Shown piece after piece: positions 26,901 to 38,248 of a stretch of DNA of 64,000 nucleotides. Source of the stretch: Schizochytrium sp. TIO01. Taxonomy: Eukaryota > Protista > Bigyra: Labyrinthulomycetes. Every line of letters begins with the position of its first letter. Position 1 is the stretch's first letter. Position numbers and translations under genes: made by a program. The notes under the pieces are model-generated. The model worked only from the letters and a program-made list of their open reading frames with translations, was not told where the DNA came from and ran no database searches. The stretch lies in NCBI GenBank assembly GCA_004764695.1, contig SMSO01000033.1, positions 310,001-374,000 of the forward strand, given 5' to 3'.

Positions 26901-28032
26901 AGATATTGATACAGCCTGTTTTTGGTGATAGAAGATACCGGAACAGCTGCGGGCGTGTCTTCCTCACGTTCCACTGGGCAAACTCCACCCCTTACAAACA
27001 AGGGCTGTGCCCTCCCACTTTCACGGAATTGTGCTCGCAACTCGAAAAGAAGCCCCGCAGAGCCTCACGTTCTCCCATGATTGGCTTGAAACAAAGATGC
27101 TGTGGGTTCAAGGTGTGGGGTAGATCTCCTGGAGCCACCGAAGCCGTCCATTCCCTTACACAGGGGTAGAGTAGTCGTAGCTAATAATGATAGTATATCA
27201 CGAAGGAATGTTTATTCTATGATTTCATTTCTGTAAAAGTGTTTTTGAATCACAAGAAAGAGAAACTCTTAGTATGTACGTGTTGTTTGAATTTTTAAAA
27301 GTCTTTGGAACCTTAAATAATCAAGATCGTCATTCTTTGCTTTAAGGTTTCACTTTTCCAAGTTCACTTTTCTATTTCAAAGAAACAAAGCAATCAATCA
27401 ATCAATCAAGAACTCAAAAGTGCTCCGACGTATGACAGAGCCGAGTTTCTTGATGAACAAGCTTTGACGTGCACCGAATAGGTCACAGAATGGTAGAGGA
27501 ATCTACTTTGCACGGTTTGGAGTAGCTTTAAACAGTGATTACAAACAGAGTTAGTTGTCAATCATCGGCTTACTTTCGTCCCGTGCTCCACACGTTTTCG
27601 CTTTTTAATTCTTATTTTCTCTTTCCTTTCCACTCAAAACACGTTGTAGTAGTAACACCCTCCTTTATTTTCTTTTAGCCTTTCTCTGAAAGGCATCGTG
27701 ACTGATCACTCATTATCGAAATCTTTGCAAAGGAGGAGAAGAAGAAGAAGAAATGAAAAAACACGTTTTAAAACTTTTAAATAAATGTTTTAAGACATTT
27801 TATTTTAAGTTAATTTTTAAATAATGTAAAGAGGAACAAGCTCCTCTTCTTCCAGGTCGGTGTTTGGAAAGTGTTCTCTTCCGTCTTCTTCTTCCTACTT
27901 CGAGTCTGCTTTGTATATGTTCTTCTTATGATCAAATAAATTAAGTACAAAGAAAGAAAGAAAGAAAGAAAGAAGGAAAGAAAGAAAGAAAGAAAGAAAG
28001 AAACTCGAAAGAGAAAAGGAAATGAAGGAATG

Positions 28033-29791
28033 AAAGAGAGAGTGTTGAAAAACTTGAACGAAAACGATTCAAACAGCAATCACCTTACTTTGCCTTGCGA
28101 TCGATCGCACTGGGCCATTCACAAACCCTTAGGCCCCAGGCTCACAACCAACTGCCTCCTCCCTCCTCAGCAAAGCCGAGCTCCAGCAAACCCATAAAAC
28201 AAGTGCCTGCCTGCCTGCCTCAGCTTGCATCGAGACCGCGCTCTCTCGTGCCCTACCCGAGGACCGAGCGTGCTGGAGCGTGCCTTCTCTCGCTCAAACA
28301 TACAGACATACAGCAGACAACTTGTGGCCGGCCTTGCCTCTCGCCCTCTCTCGCCCTTTCTGTGTGCCTTTCGTCTGGTCGCCGAGGCTCTCGCTCTGCA
28401 CCGCTGAGGATTTGCTCAGGCCGACGTTTATTCGAGTTCTGTTTCGAATTCTTGTCTGAGTTTTCGTTCTTTTGTTTCTGTTTCTGTTCCCTTTTTGCAG
28501 CATCCCCATCTCCGCCACAGCCTTCTCCCCCGGCTGCCCGAAACCAAAGAAGAACTGTTCGCCGAACAGAGAGAGGTAGTTTGACATTTGCACAACTTTC
28601 TCTGGACCTCGTCCTCCTGGCCCTGCCTGTCCCATTCGCTCGCAACACAAAATCCCAGAAAACGTCACCCGCGAGACCACCGCGAGGAAGCCCTTTGCCA
28701 AGCCAATTCCCGGAACGAACCCGGCGCTGATAGCATAAGCTTTGTAACTATCGAGTTGCAAAGCAAAACGCCCTCGAGACGACCTGAGGAAGGCGTCATC
28801 ATATTTTAAGCGAACCAGCGAGTGAGTGAGTGAGTGAGTGCGTGAGTTTGCGACTCGCGGCTAGCTATTCACAAGCACTGCGACAAAGCTTTCTGAGTTC
28901 TACCGCTCAATCTTGCGTACGTCATCAGAAATACACGACAAAAGCCGAGTGTTCGACTGAGAAACAGAAAATATCTTCGGGTTACGCCACGAAGTCACAG
29001 CAGAACCCGAACGTCACCTCAGCACCGTGAACGCTGCACTCCTTGTCACAAGTTCTGCAAGAGAAGCTGTTAATCAGTTGCTCGGAGTTCTGCTACTGCT
29101 GCCTCTGACCTGTAGATATCTTGCGACGTTTACATCGATCAGAAGAGATCTTGAAACAATCGTCAGAATCTCAAGAATCAAACTTAGATCCTGTGACGAT
29201 TGTGTTTTCCTGGCGAGCTGGTTATTCGAAGACTGAGCCCGCTATTTCCTAATAACACAGAGGGAACTTGAAAACTAGCTTCTCAAGCCTCTTCTAAAAC
29301 CCGGCACTTGTGTCGTGCACCAGGACGCCTGTCTTTTTGCCTCAGCTCGAAACCGACGTGCTCATCTGCATCACTAGCGAGTGAGACTCGAGCAGGAATC
29401 TCTCCTGGTCTTCGACGCCTAGCAATACTACTACAGAAATCTATAAGAGTTATCAAGAAACGACAATCGTAAACTTGACTTAGCTCTTCTCAGGACAGTT
29501 CTCTACATCGAATCAACACGCACTGTGCATTTATCGTCACGGTAAGCAGCGCTAAGAGCGTCATTCCTGATTAGGTTCCGGCCGTTGTAGTGGGAATAAC
29601 CTACTGTATCTGCTGCCTGCTGCTATAGGACTTGCCTTCCTTTTGCGTGCTTTTTGCCCGCTTGTTTGTTACTTTCTCTCGTAGTAGTTGAGGGAGATAG
29701 GAACCAAGTCTCTTCTGTTATATTAGCAGTAGAGCATTAAGAATATCAAGAGGGACGGGATTTTTAATCCGGAACCAGCAAAACCATAACT
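28033..29791 (+). promoter_or_regulatory. Putative very long AUG-free 5' leader of the zinc-finger gene
   Basis: No ATG on the + strand across 1759 nt, while about 20 CAT trinucleotides occur. Ends at the ORF's ATG (29792). Confidence 0.65.
29542..29684 (+). other. Putative 5'-UTR intron
   Basis: G|GTAAGC donor, pyrimidine-rich tract and TAGTAG (NAGNAG) acceptor. Size (~143 nt) is similar to the other introns here. Confidence 0.55.
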
Positions 29792-30349
29792 ATGCAGAGA
29801 CGCCAGCACAAGCTCATGCGAAGCCGCACACAACACGAGGAGGACCGCGACATCGTCATGCAACGCCTTCGCACATCGTCTTACTCGCCCATGCTCGAGA
29901 ACGGGCTGCCTTCACCGCAATCACCTGCCATGGAGATCCCGTCTAAAGGACTCTTCCGTACCAAGAGTACCCCGGAGGGACTCATTGCCTCAGAGGCGGC
30001 CTCCTCCTCTGCGTCTGGTAGCCCAGACAGTGACAACAATTCTCAGTTCCCCAAGAGCCTGCCGAGGCGAACAAACTCACGATGGAGCATGAAGAACTGC
30101 GAGAACTGCCACATGATCTTCGTTGGCGAGGGCACCTGCTGCACCCAAGAATGCAGACTCTGCCTTGAGTTGCGAGAGCGTCCGAGCGAGGTAGCTCACC
30201 TTGTTGAAACAGCTTTGCCGCAGCAGAATGAAGCCCCGGCTTCTGGGTACTTTTCCTATGATGTCTGGAATGTTTCCCCCCAAGACGACGATGTCTTGCA
30301 ACAGGAGTTCACCTACACGCGGATTGCAGCTAACGCAGCCTCAAGCTAA
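29792..30349 (+). CDS. Small Ser/Pro-rich disordered protein with an FCS/FLZ/TRASH-like Cys cluster
   Basis: 185 aa, ATG start with an in-frame stop upstream, coding-like codon usage. Cys cluster CENC-x10-CCTQECRLC. AATAAA at ~30626. Confidence 0.7.
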   Translation: MQRRQHKLMRSRTQHEEDRDIVMQRLRTSSYSPMLENGLPSPQSPAMEIPSKGLFRTKSTPEGLIASEAASSSASGSPDSDNNSQFPKSLPRRTNSRWSMKNCENCHMIFVGEGTCCTQECRLCLELRERPSEVAHLVETALPQQNEAPASGYFSYDVWNVSPQDDDVLQQEFTYTRIAANAASS

Positions 30350-32482
30350 ATTTTTACAAGACCAATGCCGTTGCCTTGCTTCATGGATGATGGAACTCAA
30401 CAGACAGATTGGGGATGCAATTTAGTAACCAGCGTTCCAGCTCTTACGTTCCATCGTCCAATGTTGAATAGGGTCTTCATCTTCTGCTCATTCTTTCTCA
30501 TTGAGTGGCCGTCACCGGCTGCCTGCTTTGAATCATTCGTACCATTACATTACACAGTGCAAATGCATTGTACAGCGATAGCAACAGTACATGTATTTGC
30601 TCTTATCCTGCCATGACTCCCAGAAATAAATGAAACCTGATACTTTTAATCTACTTTGACCGTGTATATGTTCGATTGCGCATTATCAATTTGTTGTTAT
30701 CCCTTTACCGATCTTCTCGCGCACTATAGGAAGACGCGACGACTAGCCTCGCCAACTCCAACATTATAAATTAGGACCGACTACATATGCCGGTAGTTGT
30801 AAAACAAAGAAAAAAAGAAGAAGCAATGCAATGCAATGCAATGCAATATCTTTCCTCTTTACTTTTTACTTTGAAGTCAAAAAGAAAATTCTCTCACTCT
30901 CACCATTCAAAAGCTACTCAAGGTAATTCTTCTATTTAGGTAGAAAGCCATCATGAGGTCTTTAGTTTTACCTTTTAAGTGATACTTGGGTTATCTCATT
31001 CATAGGTCCCTTCCGACTAAGAGTACTTATTAGCCAAGGAAACCTGTTGACCAGAGAGAATAGGTCTCCCTAATCGCATGAGTTCGAGAAGACATTAGTA
31101 GCACTACTCAGATATAATATGTTGTACAAATAGTATTCTTCTGAAGTCTGCATTAATCAACGCATGAGTAGGTATATCGTGATATGTTGCTCAAAACTTA
31201 TCTACTCTTAGTCCTCGCTTTCGACAGTCGAATAAAAAGCGGCAACATTGATTCTTTTTGACAGGAACATTGCTCAAATGTAAAGATGCCACGTAGGCAT
31301 GTATCTAAACTAGCATAGTATCCAACGTCAGAATATGGTTTTTTGTCTTCCTAAGTGCCCTCGACCATCAGCGTCTTACATGACCTACTCCTGGGTTCAA
31401 TGGAATAATTCTATAGTGCACCCGGGTTCCTGCTTTTCCGGGCAGCCATGCCTTTCATGTAAAAAGCAGAAGAAAACACGACTGAGGCCATTCATCTCCA
31501 CACGCACGAAATTGGTTTGCTCGGTCGGATGTCTTTTCTTTGTGAAGATAAAAGCTTTTGAGAATGAGCGCGGTTTTGCCTTCCTTCTGTTCCGGTGGTG
31601 CGGCCCTACCTGAAAAATCTGGCCTTGGTTGTAACTGAGAAGAAGAGCGAATGCGAAGTTCCTTTTGAGCAGATAATCCCTTGTTTTTGACCCGACCAGC
31701 ATCGAGAGCCTTGGAAACTCGACGATTCCTGAATGGCACACAGCTTGTGGTACTTCGAAGACCCAATCAGACGCATCCGCGCTCTTCTTTGAGGGGTACT
31801 GCTTTCCTTTTCCATAGCTCTCGCCGAACATTTTAGGATCGTCTTCTTCGTCGTTTAGACTTGCCTCGTGTTAGGATCCGTCCTGATGAATAATTTTCTG
31901 CAGGCCCTCACAATTTCGTCTTTACCTTTTAACAAATTACAACGAAAACCATGGTAAATGCTGTCAGCTTATTTAGTACTGCCAAACCATTTTTTGAGTT
32001 GAGCGCGCAGATCTTTCGTCGAATAGACACAAACCTTCCTAGCACGAACTGAATTATAACCCTTCTTGGTCTTCTTGAGCACCTTCAAGCTCTGTCTTCT
32101 TCCCCGTTCCGTCGACTTCGATTTTGCGGTGCTGGTTTTCCTTGATGCGACGTCATTAGGACGGTGGTGAAGCTAAGGCGGTCTTTTCTGAAGGTATTGG
32201 AGACCCCGAGATGCATATGTTGACCGTGTACCACGGGTTTAGCACGTTTTCTTTCAAGGAAGGACTCAACGAGGTAGGTCGACGGCGAATCGCACCAGTT
32301 AGTTGTGCATGGCCACAATCTGGCCGACTCCGCCATTTTCACCCAGCAGGGCGCATAGCCTTTTGAGACCGGCCCCGCTAACGCCCGATTCGTCAAGATT
32401 GGCACGCTGGAGATCACCAACCTAGCGCTTGAAGTCCTATTTTTGCTTCTCTGGCGGATAATGACACGATCAGTTGCACCTT

Positions 32483-32681
32483 GAACAAACCGCAGCCATT
32501 GGTGCGTTTAACGTCATCACTTTCGTATATTTGCTTAGCCCCGAGCAAGCTCCCAAAGGGCGCCCTCTGAGACGTCAAACTTTTAGTTGAAGTACTTCTC
32601 TGGCTTAAATTGAAGGTTGGCTTCACTTGTAGTGTTAGGAACTTGGTGGTTCCTTGGTCATGCCATTTTCTTACCTGACCT
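32483..32681 (-). repeat. Dispersed repeat copy A (probable transposon relic)
   Basis: Reverse complement of 32642-32681 is identical over 40 nt to 56258-56297. Reverse complement of 32483-32582 aligns ungapped to 56387-56486 at 75/100 (hand count). Confidence 0.85.
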
Positions 32682-33379
32682 ACAATTCTTAACGAAGTTC
32701 TTTAGAAATAATTATAATAAATTATTGATACTGTCATTTGGGAGTTTACATGAGTTCCAACGTTTTTATGGTATATAGAGTAGATCACCCTCTTTCTTTT
32801 TGATCGATATTTTTTTTTTTTTAAATATTTTAAATTAATTTAAAAATAAAAATTGTATTACCTAGACCTAATTATATTTATTTTAAAATTTGAATTTGAA
32901 TGATGATAATCATAACGATGATAATAAGAATTAGAATAATAAAATTAAAATAATTAATGACAATTGGCAAAATCGAAATGTAGAATAAATGCATTTTAAT
33001 AGTGAGAATTGATACAAGGTCAATGTCGTAAGCTGTAAGAGCTGGCGAGAAACCTTGTAAACCGAACATCCATTTGCAACGCATGATTCACTACAAACAA
33101 TCACTGCAGTTTGAAAAAGCTGCATCGGCAGGTTCATAAGTAATGTTGTGGTCAAATCTTCCTTTTCAAGAATAAAAAATAATATGTAAAGATAGAAGTC
33201 GTATGGATGATTACGGTCAGTGGTGGTAGGCATCGATTATGCAGCAAGAGAAAGGCCTTTGTACAATAAATGAACTTTGTTTCTTATACTGCTTTGACTG
33301 CGAATTCTATATTTCTTGGCTGTAATGGTAAAGACGATCGACTGCCAGCAGAGGACGCGCGTTCGACGAGCCTATCTTC

Positions 33380-35150
33380 TCATGAATATCCCAGTTGCAT
33401 GAGCAAGGCATCGAGTTTCTGAAACTCCTCTTCTTTGGCGTATATGTCAGAGGAGCAGTAGGCATGGCTAAACCCAACAAAGTTTACCAACCCAGTTTTG
33501 GGGTCATAAAGGACATTTTCGAGGACAGCGTTTCCATGAATAACATTCTGCTTGTGAATCTCCATGAGAGCCTGGATAACTTTATTGCGCATTCCAGGGT
33601 CGCGCTGCATATGCTCGCGAGACAACTGCGATCCTGCATCAGTGGTAGCTACAATCAGGCGCTGGTGAAAAACTCCGCCATGCACCATGAAGGGTACTAC
33701 TCGGCCCTGGAGAGAACGCAATTGATTCTGGTATAGCATAATTTCGTTCCGTAGGGGAGCCTCGCTTGTGCTGACCTCGTCAGGAGTCACTTCGTTGCCA
33801 ATCAAAAGCGTCTTAACGTAAACCTTCCAGGTCTTGGTGAAGGAAATGCGAGCAATTTGAATCTGCTCAGACGATTTAAAGGGAGTGTACTGTTGCGTCT
33901 TCCAAGGAAGCGGAATGGAAAAGTTTGCTTCACTCAAGGGAAGTGTCTCAATAAGAGAGAGGCGAGCTTGATCCGCAGCTGCGCCGAGGCCTCCGTTAGG
34001 GTAAGACGATGCCATAGCGCCATTGCTGGTGCTTGACGTCATTGTTTTACGCAACTGTTCAATGCTGTTCAAGGTGGAGACTACCGGAGTTGCGTTCATT
34101 TTGTCACCCCATGTTTGCGCCACTTTTAATAAAAAGTCCTTCTCCCCCTTGCGCTCCACTGATGGATAGTAGTCCCTAGCGCAAGGCATGTCATTTGCCA
34201 TGACAAGAAACAGGCACATCGCTTGGTTAAGGGAGATTTTCTTTTTGTTGTCGCCGCGGCGGATGCCGGGGTATGGTTTAGAGAGGAAAAGCACACCACA
34301 GTTGTTTCGCCTCAGAAACCACGTGAACTCTGTGGTGCTGAGGAACCCAAACTCAAGACCCATGAGGACCATGTGTCCAAAGGCTTCCTCAAGAGCCTGT
34401 TTGCATGGCACTGGAAGGGTCTTTTTTGAGGCGAGTTTCGCACAATCTAAGCGACTTGTTGTACCGGCAGCAGCATCGCCGTCGATGATCCACGCGCCCT
34501 TTTGTACACCTGCAGCAATAGCATCAGTGTGCTCCAGATTCTTGTACCATACAATGTCAGGTCGGGACTGCGCAAGCACAGTGGTGGGTGCTGAGGCATT
34601 GATGCCCTGGAACTTGGGCACTCCACAAACGCTGAAGAAGCTCGTCAAAGCTGTAAAGCATCGGGTCGCCATTCTTTCTGCGTTAATGTTATCATAATAG
34701 CCCGTGTAGAAGGATTCTTTATCATCTGGCTTTTCAAAAGCCTGATCTAGATCAGCATACTCTTCATGGCCTCGGAACTTTCTACGTTCTAATGCCAGGA
34801 CCTCCCGTTCAAAATCTTTCCAGTCCTTGATTGATGTGATGGGCAATCTCCACTTCTGAAGATCACGTTCGGTCGCGGGGATGGTCTCTGCGTCTCGAGC
34901 AGTTGGAGAGACAGACTTGATAATGGGTTCTGACAGCACATTCCAAAAGTTCACCATCTTCGGTACATGCGGCGCCTGCTTCGGCTGAGCTGGCGGTTGC
35001 TTCGGCTGGACTGGAGCCGCTGGTTGCACTGGTTGCACTGGTTGCGCTGTTGGCGCTGGCTGCTTCTGCTTTTTCTGCCTTTTGTTTGGCTTTTGCGGTT
35101 GCTGTTGGCGCTCTTGTTGTCGCTCCTTACGTTGCTGTTGAGCTTGCTGT

Positions 35151-35188
<38 letters not shown>

Positions 35189-36238
35189 CTGTTGCTGCTG
35201 TGCTTGTTGTTGTTTCTGCTGTTGCTGGGCTTCTTGTTGTTGTGCAAGTTGCTGCGCCAGCTGCTGTGCTTGCTGATCTTCTTCAACATCGTCCTCCTCC
35301 GGAAGCTGCTCCTGAAGCTGCTCTTCTTGCTGCTGTTGAGTCTGTTGTTGCGCTTGCTGCCTCTCCTGCTGTTGTCGCAATTGTTGTTGCTGCTGCTGCT
35401 CCTGTTCCTGTTGTTGTGCAAGTTGGGCTTGCTCCTGCTGCTGCAACTGCTGGTACTGAAGGTGCTGGAACTGCTGGTGCTGAGGCTGTTGTTGATGTTG
35501 CAGCTGCTGCTGGTCTTGATGTTGCTGTTGCTGCTGAAGCTGTCGTTGCTGCTGGTATTGTTGTTGCTGATGTTGTTGATGATGCTGTTGTTGCTGCTGG
35601 TGATGATGATACTGCAACTGCTGATCATACTGCTGCTGCTGGTCATACTGGTCGTTCTGGTGCTGATAGTGCTGCTGGTGGTTATGCTGGAGGTGCTGGT
35701 GCTGCTGATATTGCAGTTGGTTATGCTGTTGCTGTTGATGGTGGTTGTGTTGTTGCTGTTGATGGAGGCTGTGCTGTTGTTGCTGGTGGTGGTTGTTGTG
35801 CTGCTGCTGGTGGTGATGGTACTGATGTTGCTGCTGCTGGTGGTGTTGTTGCTGGTGGTGATGTTGAGATTGCTGCTGCTGATGATGCTGCTGATGGTGC
35901 TGCGAGAACTGATGGTACTGTGGGTACTGCTGATGATGCTGCTGCTGCTGGTGCTGTTGTTGGTGATGCTGCTGCTGATGATGATGCATTTGCGCCGAAG
36001 AGGACCTGTGCGACAAGTTGCTTGCGAGGATTTCAATGATCCTGTTCACCTGATCTTCCTTGAATTCGTTCTTGCGATTCTGGAAGAGGAATGTCAACTC
36101 TTCCTTGGGAAGCGCATTGAAGATTTCTAGAGGCATGTTCTGAAGCTGCGTCGTCGAGCATGTCTGCCAGAAGCCCAAGTTGGAGCTACCTGAGAGCTGC
36201 TGCTGCAAGAGGTGCTGGTGCTGCAAGTGTTGCTGCAT
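33380..36238 (-). CDS. PolyQ/H-rich protein fused to Crinkler-type REase-like and kinase-like domains, both with degenerate catalytic motifs
   Basis: 952-aa ORF with a ~300-aa Q/H tract. Then PITSIKDWKDF, RPDIVW..AAGVQKGAW, ALEEAFGHM..LEFGFLSTTEFTWFLRR (REase-like). Then NEIMLYQNQLRSLQGRVVP, ALMEIHKQNVIHGNAVLENVL, NFVGFS (kinase-like). Confidence 0.8.
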
Positions 36239-36306
36239 CGTTGTGGTCTTTGCTCGCTCGCCCGTGGCTAATTACAGACAGACCCTAAACCCAAAAGAAA
36301 TGAATG

Positions 36307-36450
36307 CTAGCTAGCAAGCAAGCAAGCAAGCAAGCAAGCAAACAAACAAAGAAACAAAGAAACAAAGAAACAAACTAGCCAGCTAGCTAGGCAAGCAAGC
36401 AAGCAAGCAAGCAAGCTAGCTAGGCAAGCAAGCAAGCAAGCAAGCTAGCT
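36307..36450. repeat. Compound (GCAA)/(GCTA)/(AAAC) microsatellite upstream of the polyQ gene
   Basis: Directly visible. Confidence 0.92.
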
Positions 36451-37158
36451 CGCGAGCAGGCTGGCAGCTGATTGACCCTTGACCCCTGGCCAGTCCCTTG
36501 CCCGCCGGCCCTCCAGGCAGCGGTGCGGTCTCGCAGGGTCTGCGAGCGGTCAGCGGAGTGAGAGGAGCTGCGCAGAGCTCGATGGAGCGATCGTCGGACG
36601 AGGCGGCGAAGGAATGAATATGAACACCTCCGGAGTCAGGTCAGTATGACTCAATATCAATCGATACTATTCACTCCGTACTGAATGATATCAATCTCTC
36701 TCTATCCACAATAATCCACCAAAAAGGAAAGAGAGGAAAAACTATAATAGACTTAGACTGAGAGAGAGAGAGAGAAGAAGAAAAAAAATAGACGAAGGAA
36801 AGGAAAAACGAGCGAAAGAAACAAAGAAAGAAAGAAAGAGAGAAAGAGAGGAAAAACAGGCAACAAGCAATGTAGCGAAGAAGGGCGCTCGCTCGCTCCT
36901 GCTCCCGGGTCTCGCTCGCTCGCTCCCGCGCCTCCGTCGGGCGCGTCCCCCCGGGCGTCGCTCTCTCCTCCCTCCTGGCGCCGGTCTCTGCGAGCTTCCG
37001 CGTCGGCGGCGGTGCCGGCGACCACGCGCACGGGGCGGGCTCGTGCCGCGGACTTAGCTATCTATTCTGCTGCTCCTCCTTTCTCTCTCTCTCTCTTTTC
37101 TCTCTCTTTTCTCTCTCTTTTCTCTCTCTTTTCTCTCTCTTTTCTCCCTTTCTTCCAT

Positions 37159-37159
<1 letters not shown>

Positions 37160-37207
<48 letters not shown>
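37160..37207. repeat. (TAAG)n microsatellite
   Basis: Directly visible. Confidence 0.95.
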
Positions 37208-37694
37208 TCCCTACCGCTCCCTATGCGCTAACCAACCTAAGTCAAGTATTCCAAGTCAAACCTCAAGTCAAAGTCAACTGCTCCAAGTCAACCAGCTGTC
37301 CAAAGTCCTCATTCCTGTGCTCCCAAAACGAGCACTTCTTCTTACTTACTCCTTGCTGCTGCTGCTGCTGCTGCTGCTTCTTCTTCTTCTGCCCGAGCAA
37401 GCCTTGCAAGCGAATGAATGAGTGAGTGCATATTTCCAACCTTTGCCAAAGACTGTTTCCCTTCGCTTTGTTCCCTCCGCCTCGCTCACTTCTTTTTCCT
37501 CTCTCTCCTTGCGCCCTATCTTCGCACTCCTACCCTTTCCGCTACCCGCGCCCCTACTACCCGCCTCCTCCTACGGTGCCGCTACGGCCGCCTACCGCCC
37601 ATCTGCCTACCCTTTTGCGTAGGGGTCCCCTACGGTAGTTAGCTACTTAGTCAGTCATCTATTGAAGAGCTAGTCGGTTAGTTAGTAGCTATGG

Positions 37695-37697
37695 TTG

Positions 37698-37744
<47 letters not shown>

Positions 37745-37745
37745 G
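37695..37745. repeat. (TAGT)n microsatellite
   Basis: Directly visible, with degenerate flanks over ~37640-37830. Confidence 0.93.
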
Positions 37746-38044
37746 GTTGATTAATGAGTTAGCTAGTCAGTCAGTTAGTTAGTTGGTTAGTGAAGTAGTA
37801 GGTAGTAGTCAGGTAGTCAGCTAGTTAGGAGTTGGCTGGCTAAGGAAGCCCTAGGCGGTTGGCTAGCAAGGGAGGTGCCTAAGCGCCGCATAGTGCATAC
37901 GGTAGCAGTGGACGCCTTCCTTCATGGGTCTCCGGATCCTGAGTTGGGATCGATGACAGATGGATCTTCAGATCGATACATCAATACACAGACAGACAGA
38001 CAGATTGCTAGCTAGCTGCCTCGAGGTCACGGCCTCGAGCGCCG

Positions 38045-38076
<32 letters not shown>

Positions 38077-38213
38077 TCGCAGGCGGTCTTTGGCCTTCCT
38101 TCTTGGGTATCTATCTATCTATCTATCTATCAATCTATCCATGGAGATCTCTCTCAGTGCAGACTAATAGGCGAAGCTTCGTAACGATGTGATAGATATC
38201 ACAGATACAATGT

Positions 38214-38215
<2 letters not shown>

Positions 38216-38247
<32 letters not shown>
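38216..38247. repeat. (GATA)n microsatellite
   Basis: Directly visible. Confidence 0.93.

Positions 38248-38248
<1 letters not shown>

Noticed and set aside
29548-29596. TPP-riboswitch-like words (CTAAGA, CCTGAT..GG) in the putative UTR intron
   Set aside because: The invariant CUGAGA is altered, the P2/P3/P5 pairings cannot be built, and the gene is not thiamine-related.
34951-36130. Poly-Leu, poly-Ala/Val and poly-Ser ORFs overlapping the polyQ tract
   Set aside because: Alternative frames of the CAG/CAA repeats, which lack stop codons.
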